Assembly: GCA_026127935.1 (NCBI GenBank)
Contig: JAJSLL010000007.1
Span: forward strand, 4,574-68,573
Direction: 5' to 3'
DNA: 64,000 nucleotides
Origin: Thermoplasmatales archaeon
GTDB taxonomy: Archaea; Thermoplasmatota; Thermoplasmata; Thermoplasmatales; GCA-001856825
The translations under genes were made by a program, and so were the position numbers. The notes under the pieces are model-generated. The model was given only the letters and a program-made list of their open reading frames with translations. It made no database searches and was not told the DNA's origin. This document shows, in pieces, positions 39,437 to 49,402 of this stretch (positions are counted from its first letter, which is position 1; each line of letters starts with the position of its first letter).

Positions 39437-39711
39437 TATTGTTCCGTTCATCATCCACATGTTTTTGAACCTCTCCTCTCATCTCTCCCTTCTCGTTGCG
39501 AAACAAGGCGTTATGACCCTATCTCGCTTCTTCAACACTGACCCTTTAGAGTTCTCTTGTCCTCATACTAAGGATTATCAGGAAGCCAAAGATTGTTGCA
39601 TACTTCAACCTGAGACCCTTACCTGGGATGAATTTATGATGATCTTGAGACAAAGAAAACGGAAAACTACTGCAATAGCACGAACTGACCAGTAGGTATG
39701 AATTACAGGAT

Positions 39712-40428
39712 CTAAATTTTTAGTTCAAAAAGAGATGCAGCAGCAAAGTCCTCAAATGGTTTGAGAAACTTCGCGACCTGATCTCGCCATTTAGATGGAA
39801 CGGCTACATAACCAGAATTCGTGACGCTCAACGTTTTGAGTTCTCCGCTAATTATAATGGTCTGAAATGCGTTGTTATTGGGTCTATCTTTCTCAATAAC
39901 TATTACCCCTTCCCTTTCTTTTACAGAAAGATCGCTCAATCTGTAGTCCTTCAATCGAACGAATGCCCAACCAGCGCCAACGTACATATCCTCTTCAAGG
40001 TTGGAAAGTTGCCAGCCAGAAGTATCGATTAGTCCGCAGAAGATACTGTAATCTTCCCTAAACTCGAAACCCAGCTTCTTTACAAGGTTAATAGATTTAT
40101 GATTCGATGGTTCTACGAACATCCTTGCAAACTTGAAACCTCTTTTCTTTGCCAGTTCCAGAGCAAATTTTGTAATATCTTCACCTATTCCTTTCCTTCT
40201 GTGTGATGGATGTACTCTTAGTGCGCTTAACCACATAGACCCGTCTCCAGCATCTTCAGCCTTTGCAAATCCGAGTACACTTTCACCCTCTGCAACCATG
40301 GTATAACCGCTTTCCAAGAACTCTATTCCAGTATCGTTGATCCAATCGCTATATCCAGATATTCTAGAAAGGTTGCTGATCGACCCCCAATCTTCCTTTG
40401 TAGCGATCCTGATAATCACCCTGAACAA
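39712..40428 (-). CDS. GNAT-family acetyltransferase
   Basis: WLSALRVHPSHRRKGIG, N.KSINLVKKLGF. Confidence 0.85.
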   Translation of the reverse strand: MFRVIIRIATKEDWGSISNLSRISGYSDWINDTGIEFLESGYTMVAEGESVLGFAKAEDAGDGSMWLSALRVHPSHRRKGIGEDITKFALELAKKRGFKFARMFVEPSNHKSINLVKKLGFEFREDYSIFCGLIDTSGWQLSNLEEDMYVGAGWAFVRLKDYRLSDLSVKEREGVIVIEKDRPNNNAFQTIIISGELKTLSVTNSGYVAVPSKWRDQVAKFLKPFEDFAAASLFELKI

Positions 40429-40668
40429 TGTTCTCTTGACATTTCTATCTTATGCCCCAATGACCTCTCTGGCGAAGAATTGATATTACGGATGAAAATT
40501 GGAAGAAGGTATAATTTCATAAATTATTCAAGAATAAACAGACTCAATTATTTAGACATTAGAATCGAAATAACAATCGACTGACCTGCTGCCTTCCTTG
40601 ATAATAGAAGTTCATTCAGTCATTAAATTAGTTAGAGTTTTTATATTAGATTAACTGTAAAGCAATGA

Positions 40669-41856
40669 TTGATAGACCTAATTACAGAGATTCTGGTCCT
40701 TCTGATCGTCGCGATAGGACTGGGGGAAATATTCCACGCATTCTCTCTTCCAGAGGTGGTGGGCGCGATCATAGCTGGGGTACTGTTAGGTCCGGCCATA
40801 TCGGGCCTCATAGTTCCATCAGCTGCACTTTCTACCATAAGTGTTCTAGCTCTATTTTTCATTATGCTTCAGATTGGAATTGAAGCATCAGCAGACATTT
40901 TCTCAAAGAACATCAGATACGTTACAGGGTTCGCAATAACGGCCTTCATTGTCCCTTTCATAGTGATGTCCGTTGGTTCATTGTTTATTTTTAGGCTGCC
41001 GTACTTAGAGGCTGTAAGTACCTCTCTATCGGTTAGCATACCCTCCATTTCAATAGCTTCAGTGTTGCTGGTCAGATCTGGACTGATAAGAACCGAAGAT
41101 GGATTCAAACTTCTCGGAGGGGTTGCAATGAGTGACGCTGTGGCTTTCATCATCTTTGTCTCATTCCACAGACCGCTCTTGACCATAGGTATTGATTCCG
41201 CTGCTCTGGCGACATTCGTAGTTGCATTGTACTTTCTCGACATGTTCCTCAAGTCAAAGTCGTTTCTTTTGATTAGCTGGCTGGACAGAGTCACCAAGAT
41301 TGAGAAAGAAGGAGTCATCTTTGCAATAGTGATACTGATGGGACTTGCTGCATCTGTACTCTTTGAATTTATAGGAATTACCTTCGTTCTGGGAGCCTTC
41401 TTCTCTGGACTGATCATTCATCAGAATTCGATTGGGGAACAGGCGTACGGAGTGCTTAAGCGAACTTTCCAGCGAATAAATTCCAGTTTCTTTATTCCGC
41501 TCTTCTTCAGCATCTCTGGTCTGGAAGTGTCAATCTTCCCGCTTTCGACACTCCCCTATATGTTGTTTCTGATATTGATCACTGTCTCTATCGGAGGGTT
41601 TGCGGCCTACATGTTTTCAAGAAAATACATGAAGAGCATAACCCCGGGAACATCACTTGGGATCTTTGGAGGCAGGGGAGCTGTTGGCATAATCATAGCT
41701 TCTATCGCCCTGTCTAAGGGATTTATCACTAATACATACTATTCAGTTGCAATATTTGCCACCGTGATAATGGCATTGACGTTCACCCTTGTATTCAGTC
41801 ACTTCATGAAAAAAAATCCTCCCACAAAGACAGGTGTTCCCATTAGAAATGGATAA
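40669..41856 (+). CDS. Cation:proton antiporter (CPA2/Kef-like)
   Basis: LPEVVGAIIAGVLLGP, GIE, LGAFFSGL, FFIPLFF..GL, GRGAVG; about 12 TM helices. Confidence 0.85.
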   Translation: MIDLITEILVLLIVAIGLGEIFHAFSLPEVVGAIIAGVLLGPAISGLIVPSAALSTISVLALFFIMLQIGIEASADIFSKNIRYVTGFAITAFIVPFIVMSVGSLFIFRLPYLEAVSTSLSVSIPSISIASVLLVRSGLIRTEDGFKLLGGVAMSDAVAFIIFVSFHRPLLTIGIDSAALATFVVALYFLDMFLKSKSFLLISWLDRVTKIEKEGVIFAIVILMGLAASVLFEFIGITFVLGAFFSGLIIHQNSIGEQAYGVLKRTFQRINSSFFIPLFFSISGLEVSIFPLSTLPYMLFLILITVSIGGFAAYMFSRKYMKSITPGTSLGIFGGRGAVGIIIASIALSKGFITNTYYSVAIFATVIMALTFTLVFSHFMKKNPPTKTGVPIRNG

Positions 41857-41917
41857 TACTTTGTTGTTCGTGACAACGTAGAAAGTTAATTAAGATCTTT
41901 ACTTACTATGGAAGGCA

Positions 41918-42485
41918 TTGATTCCCGATTCTGTCTTTCAGAAGTTCCCAGTGTTGTACACAGACCGGTTAGAATTAAGGCAAGTTAGGGTGGGGGACGA
42001 AGATGACATCTATTCTTTCAAGTCCGACGACTCGGTTACTGCGCCCTACTTCGCCTAACCTTATTCGAGTAAGTCTCCGTGCTGTGACCTGGATTAAGAC
42101 CCTAGTAGAGAATTACAAAGAGAAACAGAGCATGATGTGGATGATAGTTCTTAGGGGCAGCAATAAAGTGATTGGAGATTGCAGTATTTGGCATCTGGAC
42201 ATTGAGTCTGGATGTGGAGAACTGTGATATGAACTTCATCGTGATTATTGGAGAAAGTGGTTAGCCTCAGAAGTGGTAAGGGCAGTCATTGAGTACGGAT
42301 TCACTACCTTGAATTTGAACAGAATAAAAGCAGCCCCGTTCAAGAAAAATGGTCCTTCATCCAAATTGTTGGAAAGATTTGGATTCAAGCTCGAAGGCGA
42401 TCTCAGGGAAAAGTGTGTCCTCAGAGGAGAATCCTACGACCAGTTATATTATGGCCTACTTAGAAATGAATGGGAAAATCGCTGA
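41918..42485 (+). pseudogene. RimJ/RimL-type GNAT acetyltransferase pseudogene
   Basis: FQKFPVLYTDRLELRQ..; TAA 42056-42058, a frameshift near 42075, TGA 42225-42227 in the GEL*YEL motif, then LNRIKA..N..S.KLLERFGFK.EG. Confidence 0.8.
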
Positions 42486-42653
42486 GATCAGTCGCCTGTC
42501 AAGGTTGAATCTCACCCTGTTTCTGAAAGTCGAAACATCATACAGTTCAGAGCAGGTGATGGAGAGGCAGCTGCTACAAGGGTCAGCTCAATGTTCGCAA
42601 CATCATGTCCAGGACCAAGAAAAGCGAAATACCCCTAGCAGATACATATTCAA

Positions 42654-43232
42654 ATGGGTGCTTCGTCATCTTTCGGCCCGATGCCCGACAAAGTTGTGGT
42701 TGTGTTAGGTAATCGTCTCTTGTCAAACGAAATTCATGTTGAACTTAGGGGGAGAATGGATACGGCAATAGAGTTGTGGTCCACTCTCAGCAATTCACTG
42801 TTTCTTGTTTCGGGAGGGAGGACAAATCCCTCGATATCGAAGACCGAGGGCGAGGCAATGCGTGATTATGCAACTGAGAAAGATGTTCCCTCGAATTACA
42901 TCTTGGTTGAAAGTGAAGCTCTCGACACGATAGGAAATGGTTACTTCACAAGAAAGATATTGGACAACTTTCCGGATATTGTATCCGTTTATACTGTAAC
43001 ATCTTGTTATCACGCACCACGTGCCGAGTATATTTTCAAATTGTGCCTCGGACCCAAATACATCCTTGATTCCAAGACCTGTTTCAAATCTGACAGGAAA
43101 GCGGATGAATCTGAACGCAAGGGTTTCGAGAATGCTCAGGAATTTTTCTCTGGGATAACTCCGGGATCGATTGAGGAAATTGGACAGAGACTCAAGAAAA
43201 GTCACTCTTTGTACAAAGACCTTCATAACTGA
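42654..43232 (+). CDS. YdcF/DUF218 family protein
   Basis: VVVVLG, VSGG, TEGEAM, E.EALDTIGN, VTSCYHAPRA. Confidence 0.85.
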   Translation: MGASSSFGPMPDKVVVVLGNRLLSNEIHVELRGRMDTAIELWSTLSNSLFLVSGGRTNPSISKTEGEAMRDYATEKDVPSNYILVESEALDTIGNGYFTRKILDNFPDIVSVYTVTSCYHAPRAEYIFKLCLGPKYILDSKTCFKSDRKADESERKGFENAQEFFSGITPGSIEEIGQRLKKSHSLYKDLHN

Positions 43233-43340
43233 GTGGTGCTGGAGAAAATAATTACAGTATCACTTTTCTGAAGGAAACACATTTTAACAGTAAAAGGAGT
43301 AAAGAATAAAAAAGGAAAACGCTGTGACTCGTATCGGAGG

Positions 43341-44144
43341 TCAGTCTCTGATCTCTTTCTCCACAAGAATCGCGGTTAGCAGCATTAACACTCCTGCGAG
43401 TATCGCCAATCCGCCAAGCCACTGCCCTACCTGAGTCCACTGGGAGGCTGTAAGACTTCCATTTATTATGACCATCCTAATTGCCTCGGCAGACCAGGAA
43501 ACAGGATTATACTTCGCCACATTCGCTAGCCATGGAGCCATCATGGATGGCGAAAACATTGCATAACTCACGAACATCAACGGAAGATTCACCAGATTCA
43601 CTATGCCGAATATGGAGTTCATGTTCGTCATTCGTGTTGCTATGACACTGAATATCGAAGAGAATATGAACGCTACAAGGACTATCGCCGTTGCAAGCAC
43701 GAGAACGTCTATTATCGTGAATCCGTGAACGAATTTCAGTCCGTTCGGTATGAGATACGCGGCCACGATCAGGATGACCACTTGAGGCATGATCCTGACG
43801 ACTGAGGATATAATTTTCGAGAAAACTATTGAACTTCTCCTGATAGGGGAAGAAAGGAATCTTCCCATCGGGCCGAGTCTTCTGTCGAATATTATCTGCG
43901 TTCCTGCAAACATTGCAGTGAAGAGACCCATTGTGGTCAGAACCCCTCCGACTATATACGTTATGTAATTGGGTGCTCCTCCTAGCACGGACGTGCTTGC
44001 ACCAGGGAAGAACCTTGTGATGTCAAATGCACTTCCAAACAGTGCAATCCAGAAGATTGGCTGGATCAGATTGGTGACAAAGAATATGGGATTCCTTACC
44101 CACTTCTTCAGTTCCCTGACAGTCAGGGGCCCCAGTCCGCTCAT
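43341..44144 (-). CDS. ABC-2 exporter permease (DrrB-like)
   Basis: RELKKWVR, QPIFW, DRRLG..FLSSPI, NPVSW. Confidence 0.88.
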   Translation of the reverse strand: MSGLGPLTVRELKKWVRNPIFFVTNLIQPIFWIALFGSAFDITRFFPGASTSVLGGAPNYITYIVGGVLTTMGLFTAMFAGTQIIFDRRLGPMGRFLSSPIRRSSIVFSKIISSVVRIMPQVVILIVAAYLIPNGLKFVHGFTIIDVLVLATAIVLVAFIFSSIFSVIATRMTNMNSIFGIVNLVNLPLMFVSYAMFSPSMMAPWLANVAKYNPVSWSAEAIRMVIINGSLTASQWTQVGQWLGGLAILAGVLMLLTAILVEKEIRD

Positions 44145-45139
44145 CGTCTCGCCCTCCTCATGTTCATTGCAACCTTCATTCTGTCCATTCCTCCTTCTTC
44201 TTCTCTAATCGATCTCCCAGTGTATTCTAGGAATACTTCATCAAGTGTTGGTTTCACCACGGTCAATTTGATCGTTGACAGCTTGTGTTGAGATATGAAA
44301 TTGATAATTGCGGGAAGCGAGTCATCTGCATTTACAACCTTTATCTTGACCGTGTTCTGCCCCGCATCTGTTACCTCTACAGCATCAGGAATCGTTTTAA
44401 TCAATTCAGCACTTTGTTGGTCTGAAAGGGTGATCGTGATAATATCCCCCTTAAGAGACGTCTTAAGCTCGGCTGGGCTTCCAGTTATCAAAACCTTGCC
44501 ATGATCTATGATTGAAACCCTTGCGGCCAGTTCATCTATCTCCTCGAGATAGTGAGAGGTCAGTATGATTGTGACGTTGAGTCTCTTTTGGATTTCCTTC
44601 ACATAGTTCCACATTTGCATTCTGGTCTGTACATCTAGACCTAGGGTCGGTTCATCTAGAAAGAGAATTCTTGGTTCGTGAACGAGACCTATGATCAGCT
44701 CGAGTCTCTTCCTCATGCCTCCTGAATATGTTCTTACATACCTGTCAGCTGCCTCTTCCAAGTCCACGAGTTTTAGTAAGGTTCTGATGTTCTCCTGTGC
44801 TTTTGCTCTGGGCACATCGTAGAACTGGGAAACCATCATCAAATTCTCCCGTCCAGTGAGATCTTCGTCCGCTGTGAAATCCTGCGGTACCACACCAATC
44901 AATTTTCGTACTGCCAACGAATTTTTCGCAATGTCAAAACCCCCAACCGTCGCAGTTCCTCCAGTGGGGGCGATTCTTGTTATCAGCATGTTTATTGTCG
45001 TCGTTTTGCCTGCACCGTTAGGACCCGCAAGACCGTATATTTCGCCTTCCTTAATTTCCAGGTTCAGATCTGAGACTGCTTTGATTTTCCCATTGTAGAC
45101 TTTAGTTAGATTCTTAGTTTCTATAATAGTTCCATTCAT
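44141..45139 (-). CDS. ABC exporter ATPase (DrrA-like)
   Basis: GPNGAGKT, YSGGMRKR, LDEPTLGLD, PTLDEVFL. Confidence 0.92.
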   Translation of the reverse strand: MNGTIIETKNLTKVYNGKIKAVSDLNLEIKEGEIYGLAGPNGAGKTTTINMLITRIAPTGGTATVGGFDIAKNSLAVRKLIGVVPQDFTADEDLTGRENLMMVSQFYDVPRAKAQENIRTLLKLVDLEEAADRYVRTYSGGMRKRLELIIGLVHEPRILFLDEPTLGLDVQTRMQMWNYVKEIQKRLNVTIILTSHYLEEIDELAARVSIIDHGKVLITGSPAELKTSLKGDIITITLSDQQSAELIKTIPDAVEVTDAGQNTVKIKVVNADDSLPAIINFISQHKLSTIKLTVVKPTLDEVFLEYTGRSIREEEGGMDRMKVAMNMRRARR

Positions 45140-45675
45140 TGTTTCACCACTTGGCTATCTGCCAATTTCTTTCTTGCATCTCTGAGGGTCTTCAACGTCT
45201 TTTCTAATTCCAGTTCGTAGGACATTAGGAATATTTCGAACTGTTTTTGATCTTCAGTTCCTTCCCGGATATTTTTGAGGTTTTCTTCAAGTGATTCCGA
45301 CGTGCGTTGCGCAGAAGTGAGTATGAACCTCATTCTTTCCTCTGGATTCTGTGCATCCATCCACAATTTCCCCATAAATTTGGCCATGGGTGAGCGTTCA
45401 AGATGCCTCGTTTTTATCTTGGCTATGAAGGTAGATCCTTTTTCTGTTATCCTGTACATAACCTTGCCGTTATCTTCATAACGTTCAATGAGCCCTCTGT
45501 GTTTCAACCGCTCTAGTGCTGGGTAAATCGAGCCTGCACTTGGTTTCCAAGCCCCGTCCGTTCTCTCGGAAATCCAGTTAGCTACCTGGTTCCCGTAGAT
45601 AGGACCATCCTTTGCCATAGATAGAATTATGAAGAAGATGATCCCTCTATTCCATCGACCCTCTTCAGGTTCCAT
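45136..45675 (-). CDS. PadR-family transcriptional regulator
   Basis: GPIYG, WKPSAGSIYPAL, YRITEKG. Confidence 0.9.
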   Translation of the reverse strand: MEPEEGRWNRGIIFFIILSMAKDGPIYGNQVANWISERTDGAWKPSAGSIYPALERLKHRGLIERYEDNGKVMYRITEKGSTFIAKIKTRHLERSPMAKFMGKLWMDAQNPEERMRFILTSAQRTSESLEENLKNIREGTEDQKQFEIFLMSYELELEKTLKTLRDARKKLADSQVVKQ

Positions 45676-45692
45676 AACAGTAAATTCAACAA

Positions 45693-45718
45693 TATATATA
45701 ACGATATCGATATCGATA
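45693..45718 (-). promoter_or_regulatory. TATA box plus palindromic putative PadR operator
   Basis: TATATATA (45693-45700) next to overlapping perfect palindromes CGATATCGATATCG (45702-45715) and TATCGATATCGATA (45705-45718). Confidence 0.6.
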
Positions 45719-46148
45719 ATGATTTCGAGAGTTTTGCACTTTAACCTCTGGTAATAGGTTCAAAAAAACATTTTTGACGTTTAGTAAGTCACCCTGATTT
45801 CCTGCATCTTATCCAAGTTCCATCCACAAGGTGGAGATTAATGAAAAGTCTGCCTCTTTGAGTTTTTACCCTCTCTTTTATCTTGATCGTGGTCATTGAA
45901 TCTGAGAGCTCCTCGATTCCCCTAACTCTCTACGGACTGTGTTACTTACTTTTAGGTTAAGAGAGTGCAATTCTTCTCGTTGTCTACTCCACATTATCGC
46001 ACTGAACGGCTCCGCTAAACATCCATTCGTTCGATTGGTCGACTTAGCCGATTTCCACTGTAATTGTCTCTCCTTCACGAAAAGCACGCATAATTCTTGC
46101 TCTCACCGATTATTAGGGTCAAAATGGTTGAAAAGATTTTAATGATTA

Positions 46149-47948
46149 TTGGGTTGGAGGAAGGTGCCTATAGATCCGGAATATCCACGCATCGAAGATC
46201 ATGGAGTATTGTTGAACAATAGAACCGCAGCTCTTGTATCAAAGTTTGGCGAGGTCGACTTTGCCTGTTTCCCCAATTTTGATTCCCAGATGGTGTTTTC
46301 CTCCATACTAGATAGGAAGAAGGGAGGCTATTTCAGCATTCGTCCTCTCAACAAGAATCTGGAATCCAGACAGTTCTATGAGCCAGACACGAACATTCTG
46401 CACACCCTTTTCACGGAAAAGAGGAACAAGATAGTGTCGATAATGGACTTTTTGCCAATGAATTTCGAACATTCGGTATACTTCTCAGAGATCCACAGAA
46501 GGATTGAGACGTATGCCGATGTTAACATCGAAGTTGACTTCAGTCCGTTCATATCCAGTATTAGGAAGTCGGTTGAAAAAGCTGATGGGAAAGGGTACAT
46601 CGTTTTCTCCAACGACTCGAGCCAGTTTCTTTCAACGGATCTAGAACTCGATATCAAAGATGACTCGGTTTGTGGGGCAGTGAACATCCCTGCTACTGAA
46701 GTGAAGTGGGTAGTGACAACTCACAATCTTAAGAAAGCATACCCTCCTGCACTCTTTGCGAGTGAAGACAGGTTGTGGCAGACTAGGAAATTCTGGAAGA
46801 CCTGGCTGATGAGATCAAAATATCAGGGAATTTACTATGACGTTGTCAACAGATCGTTACTCACGCTCAAGGGACTGTTCTTCGACCCCAATAATTTCAT
46901 GGTGGCATCTCCGACCACTTCCCTACCGGAGTCAATCGGTGGTGAGAGAAACTGGGATTACAGGTTCATGTGGGTAAGGGACACATCGTACGTTATTGAG
47001 GGCCTCGTACAGTTGGGTTACATAGATGAAGCGACCAAATTCTACCTGTCCATCATAGATAGATTTGAGAAGGACGGAAAGTTGACTTCCATGTATAAAG
47101 TAAGCGAGGACTCTGTCATAGACGAGTCTTCACTGGATCTCTCTGGATACATGAATTCGGCCCCGGTTAGGATCGGTAATGGTGCGGAAAGTCAGCTCCA
47201 GATCGATCAGTATGCCTCGCTGATTGTCTCCCTGAGAATGCTGCTGGAGAATTCTGGATTTCTGAGTATCCATACCATGGAGAAGGCATTCGATATCGGA
47301 AACTCGCTCATCGATATTTGGAGAGACCCGGATTCATCGATCTGGGAAATCAGAGGAGAGAGGAGAAACTACGTTTACTCAAAAGCCTTGGCCTGGAAGG
47401 CATTGGTAGATCTTGCGTGGCTTCATTCAAAGATGGGTGACGAGGAGAATGCTGCGTCGGTGATGAGTGAAGCTAGACAACTGCGTGAAGAGATATATGG
47501 GAAGGGAGTTTCGTCAAAGGGTTATTTCAAACAGAGTTACGAAACGGATGATATTGATTCCGCTCTCCTCAGGCTTCCTTTATTCGGTTTCTGCACAACC
47601 TCAGACAATGTGTACAGAAACACCTTCAGAGCCGTTGAGGAGAATCTGATGCCTGAGAGATTCCTATTCAAGCGATACACTCTTGACGACGGTCTCAAGG
47701 GAGAAGATAATGCATTTCTGATGGTGTCGTTCTGGTACATAAGGAACCTGATCTTGAATAAACAGTTGCAGACAGCTCACGATGGAATAATGATGATTCT
47801 GGACCTCCTCAATGACATTAACCTATTGCCAGAGGAGATAGAGTTCGTGACTCACCGTTACCTCGGTAATTATCCTCAAGCCTTCAGCCACCTTTCACTC
47901 ATAACTACCATCATGGAATACAACAATGCAGTCAAGACGCAGAAGTGA
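46149..47948 (+). CDS. Glycoside hydrolase family 15 (trehalase/glucoamylase)
   Basis: ASPTTSLPESIGGERNWDYRFMWVRD, PVRIGN, SIWEIR (acid Glu), LLPEE (base Glu), GNYPQAFSH. Confidence 0.92.
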   Translation: MGWRKVPIDPEYPRIEDHGVLLNNRTAALVSKFGEVDFACFPNFDSQMVFSSILDRKKGGYFSIRPLNKNLESRQFYEPDTNILHTLFTEKRNKIVSIMDFLPMNFEHSVYFSEIHRRIETYADVNIEVDFSPFISSIRKSVEKADGKGYIVFSNDSSQFLSTDLELDIKDDSVCGAVNIPATEVKWVVTTHNLKKAYPPALFASEDRLWQTRKFWKTWLMRSKYQGIYYDVVNRSLLTLKGLFFDPNNFMVASPTTSLPESIGGERNWDYRFMWVRDTSYVIEGLVQLGYIDEATKFYLSIIDRFEKDGKLTSMYKVSEDSVIDESSLDLSGYMNSAPVRIGNGAESQLQIDQYASLIVSLRMLLENSGFLSIHTMEKAFDIGNSLIDIWRDPDSSIWEIRGERRNYVYSKALAWKALVDLAWLHSKMGDEENAASVMSEARQLREEIYGKGVSSKGYFKQSYETDDIDSALLRLPLFGFCTTSDNVYRNTFRAVEENLMPERFLFKRYTLDDGLKGEDNAFLMVSFWYIRNLILNKQLQTAHDGIMMILDLLNDINLLPEEIEFVTHRYLGNYPQAFSHLSLITTIMEYNNAVKTQK

Positions 47949-48084
47949 AGGAGATCTACTTTTGTGCTAGGTGCACGAACTCTTAGATGTTGAAATAGGC
48001 CATATTTTGACGGATTGTAGGGCTTTTAACTAGAGTTGGAAACCAACCTCAGTAAGATTTAATAGGGTGATTTTGATTACTACT

Positions 48085-48097
48085 CAACAAGCGGTTG
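48085..48097 (+). promoter_or_regulatory. Putative heat-shock repressor operator CAAC-N5-GTTG
   Basis: CAACAAGCGGTTG about 20 bp downstream of TATA-like TTTAATA (48058-48064), upstream of hsp20. Confidence 0.45.
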
Positions 48098-48116
48098 TTA
48101 ACCGAAGGTGGTAAAC

Positions 48117-48668
48117 ATGGTCAATAGAAAAAATAGACGAAAAGAAGATGACTTCTGGAGCGACGTCCAAGACTTCCTCCAGAACAACGACAGGGAATAT
48201 AGGAGATTCATAGAAAGATGGTTCGATACTTTTGACGAGATCGAGAATATAAAGGAACAGGTCCAACCTGGAACTTATGTTTACGGATTCACATACAGAT
48301 TAGGGGAAGACGGAAAACCAGAGTTCAAAGAATTTGGAAATATCCCCAGGGAGACTGGTGATTATTCGGAATTGCCGAACATGGAATACAGAGAACCGAT
48401 AACGGACGTTCAGAAGAGGGAGAATGAAACTGACATTACGGTGGAGCTCCCGGGAGTTACCAAGAGCGACATATCGATCGAAACGAGGGACAATATTCTG
48501 GTCTTGAAAGTCGAAAAAGAGGGAAGGAAATATTACAAGGAAGTCGAACTTGATGATGAAGTCCCTCCTGAAAATATCAAGGCTTCGTATTCGAACGGAG
48601 TCCTAGACATAATAGTGAAGAAACCTCAAACAAAGAAGAAGACGGGGAAGAGGATTCCAGTAGATTAA
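48117..48668 (+). CDS. hsp20: Archaeal small heat-shock protein Hsp20
   Basis: YVYGFTY..GEDGKPEFKEFGN, REPITDV, ELPGV, ASYSNGVLDI, C-terminal IPV; SD-like AGGTGG before ATG 48117. Confidence 0.93.
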   Translation: MVNRKNRRKEDDFWSDVQDFLQNNDREYRRFIERWFDTFDEIENIKEQVQPGTYVYGFTYRLGEDGKPEFKEFGNIPRETGDYSELPNMEYREPITDVQKRENETDITVELPGVTKSDISIETRDNILVLKVEKEGRKYYKEVELDDEVPPENIKASYSNGVLDIIVKKPQTKKKTGKRIPVD

Positions 48669-48670
48669 GC

Positions 48671-49207
48671 ATGACACCAGACCTGCTGGACCTCATTGAT
48701 AATGACATCAGAAGAAAGATTATGAGCATACTCTCCATTAGGCCCTCGTACACGTTCGAACTCGCAAGGTCGCTTGGGAGTTCGCAGCAGTTGATAGCAA
48801 AGCACATCAAGCTGCTGGAGGACAGTGGCTTGGTTTTCAAAGTGGGAAAAATAGAGTCGGATGAGGGTCCTCCCAGGATCCTTTACAAGGCCAATCACCC
48901 CCTCCTTTCCCTCTTACAGTTCATAGAAAGCATATCAGTTTTCACTAACGAGGAGGAAGAGTCGGAAACTCTGGGAGGTACCTTGCAGGATCTCATAGTG
49001 CAATTGAAAGAGATCGATAACAGGATCAGGCTCCTGGAGGGCGACCTCAAGGAAATGATCTCTACTAAACAGAGACTTTTGCTCGCAATTAACGGTCTCC
49101 TTCCGGATACCGAAACTTCACTGTTCTTCAGGATGATAGATGAAGCTTTCGAGAAGGGGAATTTTGATCTGTTTTTTCAGGCAGTGAAGAATCGCACAAT
49201 GGAATGA
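48671..49207 (+). CDS. ArsR-type heat-shock regulator (Phr/HSR1-like)
   Basis: LLDLIDNDIRRKIMSILSIRPSY..ELAR..SQQLIAKHIKLLE, GPPRILY, C-terminal coiled coil; directly follows hsp20. Confidence 0.75.
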   Translation: MTPDLLDLIDNDIRRKIMSILSIRPSYTFELARSLGSSQQLIAKHIKLLEDSGLVFKVGKIESDEGPPRILYKANHPLLSLLQFIESISVFTNEEEESETLGGTLQDLIVQLKEIDNRIRLLEGDLKEMISTKQRLLLAINGLLPDTETSLFFRMIDEAFEKGNFDLFFQAVKNRTME

Positions 49208-49215
49208 AAAGCGAA

Positions 49216-49281
49216 AGGAGCAGATCAGATCGCCTGTCACTCATCATACTCAGTTAAGGCTAAACTCATCACACTGCTCCT
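49216..49281 (-). ncRNA. Box C/D guide sRNA (dual guide)
   Basis: Minus strand: AGGAGCAG-t-GTGATGA(C)-GTTTAGCCTTAA-CTGA(D')-gt-ATGATGA(C')-GTGACAGGCGAT-CTGA(D)-t-CTGCTCCT; all four boxes are consensus, with two 12-nt guides and an 8 bp terminal stem. Confidence 0.9.
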
Positions 49282-49402
49282 AATGGCTTAGCATATGATC
49301 ACTTCCCTTTGAATAGTTCTTTTCATTTGTGGCAGTTACTTTCATCTGAATGAGCGGATATTTCTCCGTAACATATTTATAGAAATTTGATTTGAAATCG
49401 CT

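Noticed and set aside
39636-39688. ATGATGA ... CTGA pair downstream of the tRNA
   Set aside because: No recognisable D'/C' boxes and only a weak terminal stem
42486-42501. Near-copy (GATCAGTCGCCTGTCA) of part of the C/D sRNA locus, complementary to its D guide
   Set aside because: A 10-11 nt match is plausible by chance in 64 kb and has no boxes or RNA gene context
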